A DNA stretch of 64,000 bases from Yuukianura sp. NJ FZ-2021 (taxonomy: Eukaryota): positions 62,001-126,000 of the forward strand of contig CM102290.1 of assembly GCA_046563655.1 (NCBI GenBank). The letters are read 5' to 3'. The position numbers and the translations under genes are program-made. Positions 22,280 through 38,153 of the stretch are shown here, piece by piece; position 1 is the first letter of the stretch; every line of letters starts with the position of its first letter. Under the pieces are notes generated by a model that saw only the letters and a program-made list of their open reading frames with translations, was not told where the DNA came from and did not search any database.

Positions 22280-25200
22280 ATGTTCCGGAAGAAGCTGCTA
22301 AGCAGAGGCGTCGTGGAATTAGCCCTCTTCCTCACCTTTCTCTACGACTCCAACTACGGAAGGTGGGACTACGAAGGAACCCAAGACGCAGGGACTCACT
22401 TCCGTGACGAAGGACAATGGAACGACAGTCGTGGTGGGAGTGTGGTGGGTTCCACCTACTCTCCTCGGCCCCACATCCAGGAACTGACCCACCACTTGTG
22501 GAGCAAAGACTTGGAACAGTCATCTCCCGACGACTGGCCACATGTAGACGAGGCCAACTACTACAGAGAGCGCGTGTTGGACGAACTACGCAGACTCAGT
22601 GTCCTCCGCTACTCCGAACCTCCGTCTACTCCCATGAAGGACCTTCCACTCCAACACTTTACTGCTTTTGTTCTGGACGAGACCCAAGAGACACTGAGAC
22701 CCACTCTGCTGGACCCACCGAGTCCCTTTTCAGCCCCACCAGACATGGACGTGGGACTGCTGGAGGAAATGGAGGCTCTTTCCCAGAGTTACGACTTCCA
22801 ATTGTCCCCCTCTGTCGCCTATTCCCCACTGGGTGACGAAGACGAAGGACTGCTGGACCACTTGGTCAGTGGGCACTTGGATGTATGCGTAAGTGCCTCT
22901 ACAATTGTTGAATATGAGGGAAGGTGGAGATGGTTTTGATTTGTGGTGTGATTTTAGGACGAAGGAGTGAAGGATGGCTGTGGTGAGGAGGAGATGAATG
23001 TCATGAGTTCCTGCCAACTCCACGGTAAGAACCTTACAACTACTTTTCACATCAGCTTCTTCAAATGTCACAAAGTAAACAAAACGGGTAGGTTAGTAAA
23101 TGGACTTTTCGTTCCATTCCAAGTCACACAGAAAAAAGGGGCTAAAACGTATGAAAAACGAATTTAAAAAAAAGTGTACAAAATATGGGGGACAACGGAC
23201 AAGGGAAAGTACGGTGCTCAGAAGTTGACAAGAGAAAGTGACTTTTGAGCGGGGAGGGCCCTTTTACTTGACCGTTGTAATTACGTCTTTGGTTGAGTGT
23301 GTAGAGGTTTAAGGTTTAAGACAGGTTGGGGGCCCTTGTTCTTCTAATTGATTCCGAGAAGAGAGCCTAATGGAGGGGATGAAGGGCCCACTTGACTAAA
23401 GTCGGAGGTCAAGAGGGCTCAAAGAGTTGGAGGTCACTCGTTGAAGGGGTCAGTGTAGAAAGGACGTGAGTCCCATGTGTATGATTAATGGAAGCTGTGA
23501 TTAATGACCTGTGTTACATGTGTCCTAGTTCCTTTGTGGTGGCTGAAGGTGGGGGAGGGACTTGAAGGGCCCATTGTCACTCCCAGTCCACTCTCAATTA
23601 GGCTCACTCAAGGACCTCTCCATCTTCCCACGTCCCACATCCTCACTTGGGCCCTTAAGTCGGACGAAGTGCGGACCGAAAGCGAAATGATGGACAAGTT
23701 GAGGCTGTTGTGACACGGACTGATGGATGGGGACTCTGAATGTTGTTGTGACACGACATGAGCACATCGCTCATCCCAGTCCCACCAGTTCCCTTGAAGC
23801 AGTGGTGGGGCATGGTCTGTTGAGCTGAGTGTTGGAAGTTAAGTTGGTCGATTGATTGTTGTGTCCATTGTTCTTTCAACCAATCTGCACCCAACCCTCT
23901 CATGACTTGCATCTCTGCCTAATCCGCCAGTCATCCTCTCTCTCCCTCCCAGCCAATGAGGAGAGGCACAAGATGGCTGCCTTCACTTGTGGCTCTGGAG
24001 GTCAACTGCCTCTTGAGTGCTGGAGGATGACTGGACATGACATGACATGACGAGTGACTTTGAATCCCTCCGTCACTCTGACTCTTCCTTTTGGATTGAG
24101 TGGGCAGTCATGGCATGAGTCGCAACTAGGCCACTTTCTCCCGTCTACTCATCCTCTCACCAATCCAGCTCATTCACTAACTTTGAGTGGTGGAGGAAGT
24201 GTCCAGAGTAAAAGTGAGTCCAGAACTAGTAGAATAGTTGGGAAGTGGAGTGTCGGAGGGTGTTGCGGAGAGTTGTGTCGTTGGGACAGAGGATGAGTTG
24301 CCGTTTCGGAGGATGATTTATGGGAGTGAGGAGTGACGGGGATTGAGGGTTTTTTAAGTCAAAGAAACTGTTTCGTCATGCGGAGTGCATTGTGTCTTTC
24401 ACCTCTCCCCACCACTCGTTGGAGTGGAGGGTGCTTGGAGCCCCACCATCTCTGTCCAGGGGCTGGAATGCGGAGGTGAGTGGGGCAATTAAGTGCTTGG
24501 CCTTCACTCACCCTCTCTCAGCCACTTCAACCCCCCTCCACCAGTCAGGGAATGGGCAAATAATGGACAACAGGAATGCATCTCCACATGTGAGTCCAAG
24601 GCCCACATGACTAAGCAACTTACACTCCATCCGCAATTACACCCCACTTCCCACCCAAAAACCCACCACCACAACTCTACTTTATTCCAAATTCAGTCGT
24701 CCCACCACCAGACTAAACCATCACTTTGGCCACTTCCCTCCGCTTCATTCAGGAGGGGCATCAGCCCTTCGCCCCTCCTCCGCCACCATGCCACTCTCCG
24801 CATTCGTCAATCCAGCCCCCTCCACACCCTCTCTCTCAATCTCAAACTGAGCAATCCACTCAGTTACAACCAAACTCCCTCTCCAGCCACACGCTATCTC
24901 CCTACGCTCCAAAAACCCACCAAAGACCCACCAAAAAAGCCCCACCAACATACTTCAGAATAGGACCAACATTCCCCTCCACATTCACTTTCCTTTGTTC
25001 CGTGTTTCAGCCACTGATGACCTTTGGGACAGGGACTCCGGCATCTTCGACTCACCAAGAACCCTCAGTGGAGACGAAGACAGTGACGAAGGTGGGGCCA
25101 CCCCACCATCATCTCACCACTCAAATGCCCACCTAGACTTGGACATGCTCCAGACACATCCAGCACAAAGACCCACCCACCCGCCACTTCATCCGCCGCA

Positions 25201-28200
25201 ACCAAGATTCCAGGTAAACCATCTCAACTTCACTTCTAATCCACTCAACTAACTCTTAAACACGAACTTCAAATTGTTAGTTAGTTCAAAGTTGAAGTTA
25301 AAGTGTGAATTGTACTGGAGGAAGTTTTGTTTAGGTGCATGGACTGATGAGCGGGATGCGCGGAATGGGAGGGAGCATGGATCGCTACCAGGAAATGCCC
25401 GCTTTCGGATTCCTCCCTCCGGACCCACCCACCCACTTCCCACCCTCATACCTCACACACCCCTTCCAGCCACAGCCACATTGCCCCACCTCAGCCCCAT
25501 TCTCTTACGCAGACGCCCCACGATCAGCACTCCTCCACAACGCAACGCTGCCCCAGCTCAACCTCTCCACCGCCACATATCCACCCATCGACATAGGTCA
25601 GTCTATTCTAACAATTCAAACAGCTATTACTAAAGAAAACATGGCATTCCGCCATGTTCTCCAGTCACCAATTCCTTACTTTACTTTCAACATTCTGGAA
25701 AAACAACAACAATTTTCAAGTTTCAACTTTTTCAGTAATGGTTTCAAAAAGTTTAAAGAGACTTCATATTTTGTCCCAAACCCCTTAAAAAGTTATTGTA
25801 CTATGCACTACACCGAAAAAACGTGAAACATTTCTCATGAAAGATTCTCAACAAGTTACATTTTAAAGAATTTTTTAGCATAACGAACACTTTTTCCAAA
25901 AGTAATACGCTAAAAAGTTGGAGGGTGTGATGGTGTTTAAAAAAAAACAATATTTGGAATTTTTGAAATTTCTCATTTAGGAAAATGCATTTGAGGAAAT
26001 TTTTCTGCCTAATTGTGAATTTTTCCCCAAAGTAATACGCTAAAAAGTTGGAGGGTGTGATGGTGTTTGAAATAAACAATATTTGGAATTTTTGAAATTT
26101 CTCATTTAGGAAAATGCATTTGAGGAAATTTTTCTGCCTAATTGTGAATTTTTCCCCAAAGTAATACGCTAAAAAGTTGGAGGGGGAGGATGTTTCAAAA
26201 AACAACAAAACTATTTTGGAGTGATTTCAATTTTTCCATGACTGAGAAAGTTTAAGGTTCGTAAAGAAAGAAAAAACTTTTTCTGCACCAGGTTGTCCAA
26301 TAACTCGGGTTTTTCAATTTTTTTGTCAAAATTTTCATAAATGAAATCGGTTAAATTTCACCTCCATTTCTGTGACAATTTTTGACTTTTGTCCATTTTT
26401 TTTTCGTATTCCTATGGGATTTAGTTTGAAAAAAAAAAGTTGGGGAAAAAGTAGTATAAGAAAAATTGGACGAAAAGATTGGAGTTTGATGCAAGATTTT
26501 TGGTAACTCTGAGTTATTGGACAACCTGTTGTAGGAAATACAATGCTGTTGTTAAATAATCGTGGAGGAAGTTAGACTTTAGTGATTTGAGAACTATTAC
26601 TTTCTCCAAAAGAAATTTGTTGCTTATTTCTACGGAATCTCGTCCCTATTCCCGCCGTTTTAAATCCGGATTTCTAAAACTCCGTAATGGATTTCCATCC
26701 GTGTTAACATTTTTAATTTGTGCAGGGCCATCCAGTTCCATGCACCTTCTGAACCATCATGAGACGGACACTGGAACGACGTACAACAAACTACTGGACA
26801 CAAATCAGGAAACAATCTTCTTCCAGGCAAGTATCCACTTACATTTTAATACTTTCATTTTTACTAACTTTTCTAAAAAGTTGATTTGGTGCAGGGAGGA
26901 GGCGGAGAGTTGGCCAACCACACGAACGACGGAATCCTCACTTCATTCATGAACGATGAGGCCATGCAACTCATGGAGATGCAACTCATGAACGACGGTA
27001 CTCCTCCCTTCCTTTTTCAATACTGCGACCAAGGTTGCTATAGCAACCAATTGAAATCTACAACAGGTTGTCCAATAATCCACCAATCCCATTTACATTA
27101 CATTCAAAAAATTAGCATAGAAAGGCAGCTTTCCTACTATCAAAGTTTAAAAGTTGGAGTTACTGGACAACCTGGTGTAGAAAAAGTTTTTTTTTCTTTT
27201 CGAACCTTGACTGCGACACTCCACTCATTGAGCCTCTTTCCAGGTTTGTACGCCATGCGCATGATGGATGGACCCCCAAATCCCCCACAACACCTTCCCT
27301 CTTACGACAACGAAGATCGTCTGGACGCTTCGAGCGACAGCGCTGTGAGCTCCATGGGCTCAGAGAGAGTGAGGCCTCTGCTGGAGCCAAACATGTTGGC
27401 AGAAGAATGGCCTCAAACAGAACAACCCCCTTTCCCCAACAACTTCAACACGTAATACAACCTTACTTTATAATTTACTATTTAAAATTTAACATTCAAC
27501 TTTTCATTTCCACTCTTTGAACTCTTGTCTCTTTCCAGTGACAAACTGCGTCCCTACGACTACTTCAAGGACGAAGGGAGACAGCGAGTGGTGGCTCCAG
27601 TTGCACAGAAGAAACACCAAATGTTTGGGAAGAGACCGGTGGGACCTCCACCCTTCTCCCCTCCGCGCACAGCCACCCTCCACCCGCAACCCACCCACTC
27701 CAAGTACACTCTCTTCCCCAGACACGGTAACATCCAACAATCAAATCACTCTTACTATGGAATAACTCAACTCTGTCTTTTCTTTGGTAGAATGCGGAAC
27801 TGAGCATGTGAACCACACGTATGCCCTTCCTCCCACCCATCCTGATCATCCCAACATGACAGCAAGGACGCAGAGAGGAACGCCCAAAGAGAAGCCCAAG
27901 AGTGAGCCACCATCCAGCCCCACCATGAAACACTCTAACCTTCTCTCTTTCTTTTCCAGAGGAGCAAATGTCGCGTGACGACAAGAAGGCCCAACTCCTC
28001 GGCCTCCCGCTCTCCACGGACCAAATTGTGAATCTGCCCATGGACGAGTTCAACGAACGACTCTCCAAACACGACCTCTCAGAAACACAGCTCTCTCTCA
28101 TCAGAGACATCCGACGGAGGGGCAAGAACAAGGTACTACACACCAATTCCATCAATTGACTCTCAATTAATTGACTTTGTTGTAGGTGGCTGCCCAGAAC

Positions 28201-28635
28201 TGTCGCAAGAGGAAGATTGACCAAATCACGCAACTGGAGAACGAAGTCACTGTCATTCGACACAAAAAGGAGAGTCTCCTCCGGGAAAACGGGAATCTCC
28301 TGGGACGCAGATCTGCTATCACGGAAAAGTACTCGTTCCTCTACCAACACGTCTTCCAGGTTCGTCCACTTCTACTTCATAATTTTATTCTTTTATAATC
28401 TTTGTTTCATAATGTTTGTGAACTTGTTTGTATTCAGAGTCTGCGGAGTGAGGATGGGCGTCCCTACGACTCGACTCTCTGGTCCCTCGTCCATGGTCCG
28501 GACGGAAACTGTCGTCTCATGCGCACACAGTCAAACACATCCACTGTCCCTTACACGCCAGAGGAAGAGCCGTCTTTTGGGAGGAGAGGCAGAAATCCCA
28601 CGAAAGGGAAGGAAGACAAGAAGGGAGGGCGCTAG
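22280..28635 (+). CDS. cnc: Cap'n'collar / Nrf1-Nrf2 family CNC-bZIP transcription factor (long CncC-like form), spliced
   Basis: Hydrophobic N-terminus (VVELALFLTFL), DSGIFDS, DASSDSAVSSMGSERV, VAQKKHQMFGKR, CNC-bZIP IVNLPMDEFNERLSKHDLSETQLSLIRDIRRRGKNK|VAAQNCRKRK; stop 28633-28635; some internal exon edges uncertain. Confidence 0.92.
24607..24617 (+). promoter_or_regulatory. ARE ATGACTAAGCA in the large cnc intron, upstream of Inr-like TCAGTC (24693-24698)
   Basis: Exact match to RTGACnnnGCA. Confidence 0.5.
25899..26185. repeat. 130-bp tandem repeat (~2.2 copies) in a cnc intron
   Basis: AAGTAATACGCTAAAAAGTTGGAGGG at 25899, 26029, 26159. Confidence 0.9.
26286..26531. mobile_element. MITE, Tc1/mariner-like
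   Basis: TIR CA(C/A)CAGGTTGTCCAATAACTC at both ends; flanks TG / TA. Confidence 0.75.
27061..27177. mobile_element. Shorter MITE of the same family
   Basis: TIR CA(A/C)CAGGTTGTCCA; TA on both flanks. Confidence 0.75.
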
Positions 28636-29196
28636 GAGTCCAGCATTCCAGTGGACTTGAACGTCCTTGGCACAACCACCGGAAGGAGCCCTTCAAAGGC
28701 CTCTCTCCCCTGTGATATTAAGGCACTCTGCCTCTCTCGTGTCCCTCGACACCTTCCGCCCACACACCAAAGGGACTTGAGCCACTCTCCAAGTCCTTGG
28801 CCCCATACGCTTAAGTATTCCACACTCCAACGTGTACAACTTTATTTACGTTTTCCCAACTCACAAGTTGGAGGTCAGTTGCCCGGTACAGTAACTAACA
28901 GTCCCTCTTTTGTATTACACAAACCAAATACAGTAAACCTACAATTAAATGATTAAATTACCTACAATGATTAAATTTATAAAGATCCACGACGACAGCA
29001 GCATTGGAGTGAGTCACATCTTGGAATGGCGGTGTTTCCTCAGAAAAAAAAGAGTACTGAGAACTCATTCCAGAATTGCAGTGTTAAGCATGGTCCGAAA
29101 AACTGCTCTATTTACCTTTGTCGTTAGCCTAAAACATCACAACCAAATACATGTATTGTTGAAATCAATTGAATCTTAAAGTATTTTTGGCACTTA

Positions 29197-31093
<1,897 letters not shown>

Positions 31094-31481
31094 GTTTCTA
31101 ATTTATACCACAAAATGTTAAGTTTAGTTACTTAGGATAAATAGAACGTTAGGAATAAGTTACCTGATGATCTGTCAAAGTCCAACAGAGACCGAGTTCT
31201 TGAAGAATGCTCCCTCGTGGAATTTTAAACCCCGCACTTCAAAGCGACGGAAAAGGAATGAGAGGATTGGTTTGTTGGCAGAAGCATCGGAGGAATCAGA
31301 GGATTAGCGTGGTTCGTTCATTCATGTGGTGAGAGTTGTAAAGTGGGGGGAAGTGAGGTTCCTCTTTTCGTCAGTTCTAATCCGCATGTTGAAGGAGACA
31401 CAGATGATGACCCACTCATCCACCTGAGCATCTCACCTCTAATCCACCAACTCCCATTCCAGTACCACCTCTGTCTTCCGC

Positions 31482-32715
31482 ATGGACGTCCAGGTAACTC
31501 TCTTAAGGGCCCACTCAAGTACCCCTGCCTAACTTTGTTCATTTCAGTTTCAGCCCAGTCCCATCCTGGACTTTGAAGACTATGAGTCCATCCCCACTTC
31601 CAGCGTCACTGTCCACATGCTGGCTGGAGCCTTCGCAGGGATCATGGAGCACTGTGTCATGTACCCTCTGGACTCTGTCAAGGTAACTCAAGTCCCCCTT
31701 CACTTAAACATTCTAATCCATTTGTGTGTTTCAGACGAGGATGCAGAGTCTGCAGCCAGAGGCTGGAGGTGCCTATCGTCATGTGGGAGAGGCCCTTATC
31801 CGAATGGTTCAAAACGAAGGGATCTTCCGACCAGTAAGGGGAATGAGTGTCGTTGTTGCTGGTGCTGGACCAGCACATGCTGCCTACTTTGCCTGCTACG
31901 AACAAATCAAAGAATCTTTGGTACTCCAAACCCCCTCTCACTACAATCACCTCGCCTACGGTAACACTTTAACTTTACAATTGTAGTCTAACTACTTTTG
32001 TCATTTCGTGATTTGTGATTAGGAGTGGCAGGGTCAGCGGCGACGGTGCTGCACGACGGAGTCATGACACCAGCTGACGGTAACTTCCTCCTCTCATCTC
32101 TATTCAACTGTCGAGTCCAAAGTGTCAATTGTGATTGTTTCAGTTGTGAAGCAGAGGATGCAAATGTACAAGAGTCCCTACTCCTCCGTGTGGAGTTGCA
32201 TTCGAACAGTGTACGCCAGAGAGGGTGTGCGTGCCTTTTACCGGTCGTACGTGACGCAGTTGACGATGAACGTTCCGTTCCAGAGCATCCACTTCATGGT
32301 GTACGAGTGGATGCAGGGCGTGACGAACAAGGGACGATCCTACAACCCGAAGGCTCACATGGTGTCTGGGGCGATGGCTGGAGCCATTGCAGCCGCAGTC
32401 ACAACCCCTCTCGACGTCTGCAAAACGTTGCTCAACACGCAGGAGTCAACAGCTCTCTCTTCCCTCCGCCAAACGAGGATTCAAGGTCTGTCGCAAGCCT
32501 TCTCCACCGTCTATCGCCTCGGAGGACTCAGGGGCTACTTCCAGGTACTCCATTCTAACACTAACTTAACACTAGTTTTAACTTTAGTTTTAAGTTCTAA
32601 CACTTTGTCTTTGTTTTTTTAGGGTGCTACTGCCCGTGTCCTGTACCAAATCCCTTCAACAGCCATTTGCTGGTCCGTCTACGAATTCCTCAAGTACCTG
32701 ATCAAGTCCAACTGA
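31482..32715 (+). CDS. mfrn: Mitoferrin (SLC25A37/28-type mitochondrial iron carrier), spliced
   Basis: [99 protein letters not shown]; three carrier motifs. Confidence 0.95.
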
Positions 32716-33258
32716 CAACGCAAGTCATCTAGCATCCCAGTGGAAATGGACCTCCAAAGAGACTCCCAGAGTCAAACTACGTTTAAATTCACTATCACTA
32801 CTAGTAAATCACCTATTGTTTACAAACAAGTCTTCCACTTTTACAATCATTGCAATTTGTAACTTCCTCAGTTCCATTCACGTTACACCTAATTCACAAT
32901 TACTCCAAGGATTTTTTTAAAAGTCCACAAACGACCAATACCTTTTCCATCCATTTTTGAAAAAACAGTGAGGCTCTTCTCAACTTGTTATGACAATGAA
33001 GTTATTTTTTTGAAAACAGAGAAGCTATGAGTGCAACTACTCATTTTGCGAAGACGAAGGTCAAATAGGAGATTTCTTAAAAGTGGAATGTGAATCAGTT
33101 TATATGCCAAAGTAAAGAGGTTTTGAGTGGATTCGGAATGAGATTAGTTTGAAGTACTGGGTTCTTAAGTGCCCTGTCCCTTAACTGAAAGTGAATGTGA
33201 GGCCTAGTAGAGTGATTTTATTGAGGTACTTGGAGACTAATGGTAAGTGTTGTTTTGT

Positions 33259-35154
33259 CTACAGAAAGTCCACTCCAATGCCTAGTTGAATGCCGTGTAC
33301 TACTGCGTCTCCCTTGAAGAACTTGAGTGGGAAGCAGTAGTTGAGCTCTATCCGGGCAACATGGCCTAAGCGAAGGGCCAAGCCTATGCCATACGCACCT
33401 CGGAAGTTCCTCATCAGCGTCCGACACGTCTCTCCAAACTCATCCGCTACAAACACAAAGTAGTTGGCAGTTACTCTTACTTGTAATTACTTTGATGTTA
33501 TGACTTACGTCTGAAGGAGTCTGGAGTGATGTTGCCCACGTTGACAAATGCATGGGCCCTCAAGTACTCCCCCCACCCTCCTCTCCCCACTCCAAATGGC
33601 AAAGGGGCAAACAAATGCAAAGCGGAAGAGCAGTAAGCCTACAGTCAAATGGATTACAAGTTGACATCAATTGAATTCATCAAAAGTTGACATCAATTCA
33701 TGAAAAGTTGACATTAGGGATTGGGTGTGTCCTTACGCGGCCTCCGAGGAAGTTGTCCCCACTCTTGCTCCCGATGCTTTTCATGTTGAAACCACGAAGG
33801 GTCCCGGGTCCTGCAGGGCCCCCGAGGAAGAACATGTCCTGGATATTGTGGGACAACACAGACTCATCCAGAGGACGCAACACGCCAAAACGAACGCTTG
33901 ACTGAATGGTCTAAAAAAGAAAACAATTGTTATAGTTTCAACAGACAAATTGACTAATAATTGTTGTCTTACGAGTTCGTATGGCAGTGGAATATTAATT
34001 TGGAGCTCCGAGTCGTGTTTCAAGAAGGCAGCATCCCCTCCCAACCCCGCAAATTCCTGGATCAGCTTCAGCAGAATCCCTCTACTCGGAAAAACAGAGT
34101 CATCACGCTGGTCGAGCGTGAGGATGTGGCGAAGAGAGGACTTGAAGGAGTGGCCGCTCTGAACACGAACAGGGAACGACGTGTTTCTGGAATTGGGTTC
34201 CAAGTGCCTCCATGACCCTTCGTACTGCAAACTGTGACGAACCTGTACCAACACAATTCAAATCATCATTATTAACGCAATCCAAACGTTTAAAAGAGGG
34301 GAAATAAGTTTGTGGAGTGTGACCTGCCTCATGGAGTCAAAACTCAAGTCCAAAAGTCCTCCAGTCGCTCGAAGGACGTAGCCACACAGAGGGTTCGGAA
34401 TCGTCTGATGAAACAGCGAGCCCAGCGTCCTGCAAAGAAACAAATTTGTTTCTTATGTCAATGTCAATTGTATGGAAAGTCCTGAATGTTGCACTTACGC
34501 TGCGTTCCAGGCCCCTGGCATCGGTTTGAGGAAGGAGAGTGTGGACGTTTTGTTGTAAACTGATCCCACTGTGTGGTCCACACACACTCTCTCCCCTCTT
34601 CCAGCCACATTCGGCAACTTGAGAGCAAACGTCAGCGATCCGTCGTTGGCTCCCACCATCGTATTCACTGCTCCCACGAACCGCCGCAGCTCAGTAACTC
34701 GAAAAGTGACCTAATAAAACGAGTTTGTCAGTTAGTCATAGTGTAAAAAGTAATGATATCCACATATTACATTGAAAAGAAGGGACACCTTACGTCGTAG
34801 CCATTCTTCGTCGCACCTTCTGCCTTGTTCGTGTCGATGAGAACTGCGATGTCACGGAAACACTCCAGTTTCTCCAGACGCTGCCTCACCTCAGCCGACA
34901 CCACCATCAACTACACAAACAAACCATTTCGCAACTTTATAATGTAGAATGTGGAGTGACCTTTATTGACTGACCTCTTCGAATGTGGTGACCTTGAACA
35001 AGTCCCTGAGGTGGTTCTGGACATAGTCATCCTTCGTCCTGCCAAGTCCCTCCACATGAACAGAGTCCACTCGAACCGGCACTCCCTTGAAATCAATTGA
35101 ACTGCTCCCTCTGCCCCCTTCGTCACTTGGTCCACTGGACCTTTGCTTGCTCAT
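33259..35154 (-). CDS. SAMM50: SAM50 (Omp85-family mitochondrial outer-membrane protein), spliced
   Basis: VRVDSVHVEGLGRTKDD (POTRA), LPNVAGRGE, SGHSFKSSLRH, FFLGGP..LRGF, ARIELNYCFPL, terminal GIQLGIGVDFL. Confidence 0.95.
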
Positions 35155-36105
35155 CGCCACCAACTCTCTAGCCTCAACATTCGTCCTTACACTTACACCA
35201 AATCCAGTCCTTACACTTAATTTAATCGATTACTCAAGAATTCAGTCAACTAACTCCGAAATTCGGAGTCCGATTTTCTATTTTCAACTTGGAATAATTT
35301 GAAATAGTCTTTACGATTGCCACAGTTGCGAAAATGAGAAACGATAAAAGGGGATACAATTGCGAAATGAAAAATCATAAAAGGAAGTGCGTTAAGTTGT
35401 CGATTCAAAGAATTTTTCTTCCGTATGCGATTCAAAAAGATAATGTACATTTTTAACTTTTGATTAATGTTTGGCTTCGTGTTACTTACACAAAATATGC
35501 AAAAAGAAGGGAACCAAATCGTACACAACTGCTAATTTTCTATAATTTTGTTATAATAACATTTTGTATTATGTAATTTTACATTTCTATTTTTCAATTT
35601 CGCATGTAGATTTTGGAATTTTAAAAAATGCAAATGCTAAATACTGAATAATATTGTGAATAATAAATATAAATAAACTTTTAAGAATTGGAAAAATAAA
35701 TACTTAGGAATTTCTCCAGGTGGTGGCAAAAACGTCCTCGCGACCAAAAAACGATTTTTGAAATGTAAACAAACTCTCGCAGTGACGTTATTCCGAGAAA
35801 ATACAGGTTTATCAAAGTTTTTAAGGTATTTTTTAGTTAACAGCGAAAGTTTTGAGGCTAATATGATGAAAATGTTGAACAACACTGTAAATGAGCTAAT
35901 TTCGATGAAAAAATTCCCATAGTAACGATGTTTTGAAAAAAAACAATCGTAAACGACCCTACCTCTAGTGTTCTATTTACCTTGGAATTTCTCTACTTCT
36001 CATCTAAACGGCGCTTAAAATTTAACTTAAAAAAAAACAAAAAAAAACTAAATTTTGAAAATTGGCGCCAAAAATGAGAATAATAATAGAAAAAATTGAC
36101 TAAAA

Positions 36106-36144
36106 AACCTAACCTAACCTAACCTAACCTAACCTAACCTAACC
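36106..36144. repeat. (AACCT)7+ arthropod-telomere-type microsatellite
   Basis: Direct reading; opposite-orientation (TAGGT)3 at 38836-38850. Confidence 0.9.
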
Positions 36145-36190
36145 ATCCAAACTAATTCCGCTTTCCTTCCACATCAAGACGGCCGTTTAC

Positions 36191-38153
36191 TTATTTCTTA
36201 CATTTTTTCAGGTGGAGATCGAGTTCCTCTTGGGTCTTGTATACCTTGTGGCAGCGGTAAAGCTGCCCATCACCGCTTGCAACCTGGGACTCACGATTGT
36301 CGTTCGAGGCTGGAGAAGACGACTGAGAGGGTGGCCTAGGATATGGAGTAGGCCGGTCTCGATGAGAGACCCTTCTCTGAACAAGCGAACCCTGATCCTC
36401 GCCAGTCTCTGTTCCAACCGGTGGAGCTTGGAAAGGGGCGATGATCGGAATAGCTGTACAACGAGGAAATCATCAATTTCTATCCACTTTATTTCGTTTA
36501 CCAGTTTCAAAGACATACCAGCTGCAGTATCCATGGCCTCGTTTTCTTCCTCTACAATTCCGAGTTGGGGATGTGGTCCCCGTGGCGTTAGACCACCAGA
36601 AGCAGTTCCTGAAACGTTTGGCGACCAACCGGCTGGACGTGGATTACCTTGTGGAGTTCCCACCAGTGGAATTGGGGAGATAACCACGTCTTCCCCGGTT
36701 GGGCCGTGGAAGCTAACTCCTGCGGGTGTGATGTTGATGGTCGCACGCACGGGTGTAGAATGGCCAGGAAAATTTGCTGAGAAAATAAAATCATGCAATT
36801 TTAAACCAAATTACTTGTTTTTTGTTTCAAAGACTTACCCGCTGCAATGCCAGATCCAAAGCACGGTGAGGATGTCGCTGCTGGACGGAAGGAGCCGTGT
36901 GCATTGGCCGATGATGGAGGCCACACAACGCCTCCTCCGTTGATCCCAATCACCGAAACTTCTCCTGCCCTGACCGTCATTCCTCCAAACCGAAAAACGG
37001 AGGGAGATCCGACTCGGTTACTGGAGCCAGCTGGAGCAAATGCCCCATACCCAGGATGTACGAGGGGGGCTCTGTGCTAAAATCGGACAAATAAGATATT
37101 CAAAACTTGCTTTTCGTATGATATATTTTGGAGTAAAATAGTGTTTGGAATAAGTCTTAATATTTGCACTCACCATTTGTTGAGCCTCCCCAAGCTGTAA
37201 TGGCGGAACTGCAACTGGTCTGGTAGCAGTTGCACCGAAGAACCCTGGAGGTGGAGAACTTCTGCGTCCAGTAGCTCCAGTCGCGGTCTGTGTCCATTGT
37301 GGCCCCATCCACATGCCACTGGTATTTAGGGGAACATCCTTGTGGATGTTGTAAACGGCATAGTAGATGGGACAGAAAGGTAGTCCACATCCTGCTATTG
37401 GACAACAACCGGTGGACCCTCGCTAGATAAATAAACAACATTATGTGTGCAAAACGCCTACAGCCGAAGAATACTATTTTTTCTTAACAAAAGTAGGATT
37501 GAATTTGTATTGTCAACGCGTTTTGGGGTTCAAATGGTTAAATATTAGTACCAGAAATTAGAAATTGGCATATATATATCACTTACTCCCCGCATGTGAT
37601 GACGGTCGATACACCACGAACAAAGGGAGTGCCAGCAGTTGACGCTGGTGGCCAACCCGCCTTTACTCCCAAGATCTTTCTTACAAGCGGCACATCCGAA
37701 TCCCTGTAAGCATATAAATGATAACTGAAATTACCCTCAAATATAACATTCTGGATCATTAGTGCCTACGCTGTTCATTATTGTCTTACACGCGGCACGT
37801 AATCCCTTGGCATGTCGCGATCAACATCGCCAATGACGTGGTCCGCTTGCAATGGGGCATTTGGCAACCTGTCGTACTCGAATAGGATCATCTGGACCGT
37901 GGTTGCTGGGTCTGGAATGATCCCACTACACTGTTGCCATGGACATTTCCTATTTGCTTCCTAAAAAAAGAATTACATAAATTTGTAAGCAGCCGTGCCG
38001 TACTTTCAAAATAAAAAAAACGAAATGAACAAGAAAAAGACTTACAAGTAGATTTGTGTTGTGAAAACAACCAGTGCAAATCAAATCCCCGCAGCTTGCC
38101 ACTAATGCGGAGGTATCGTGGAGCAGCTTCCGGCATTGACCGCACCACCACAT
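36191..38153 (-). CDS. Unrecognised 7-exon protein: two tandem RING-HC-like domains, long G/P/S/T-rich tail, C-terminal partial C2HC finger
   Basis: Manual GT-AG splicing gives a continuous ORF. RING1 CGQC..CGDLICTGC..CPWQQC; RING2 CAAC..CWHSLCSWC..CPIAGC; C-terminus RCHKVYKTQEELDLHLKKCKK*. ATG follows an acceptor AG, so upstream exons are possible. Confidence 0.75.

Noticed and set aside
31380..31481. Iron-responsive element in the mitoferrin 5' UTR
   Set aside because: No CAGUGN loop hairpin found.
36212..36943. 243-aa plus-strand ORF and other long antisense ORFs over exons (e.g. 27565-28350, 61308-61913)
   Set aside because: Shadows of coding exons on the opposite strand; non-ATG starts or no recognisable domains.
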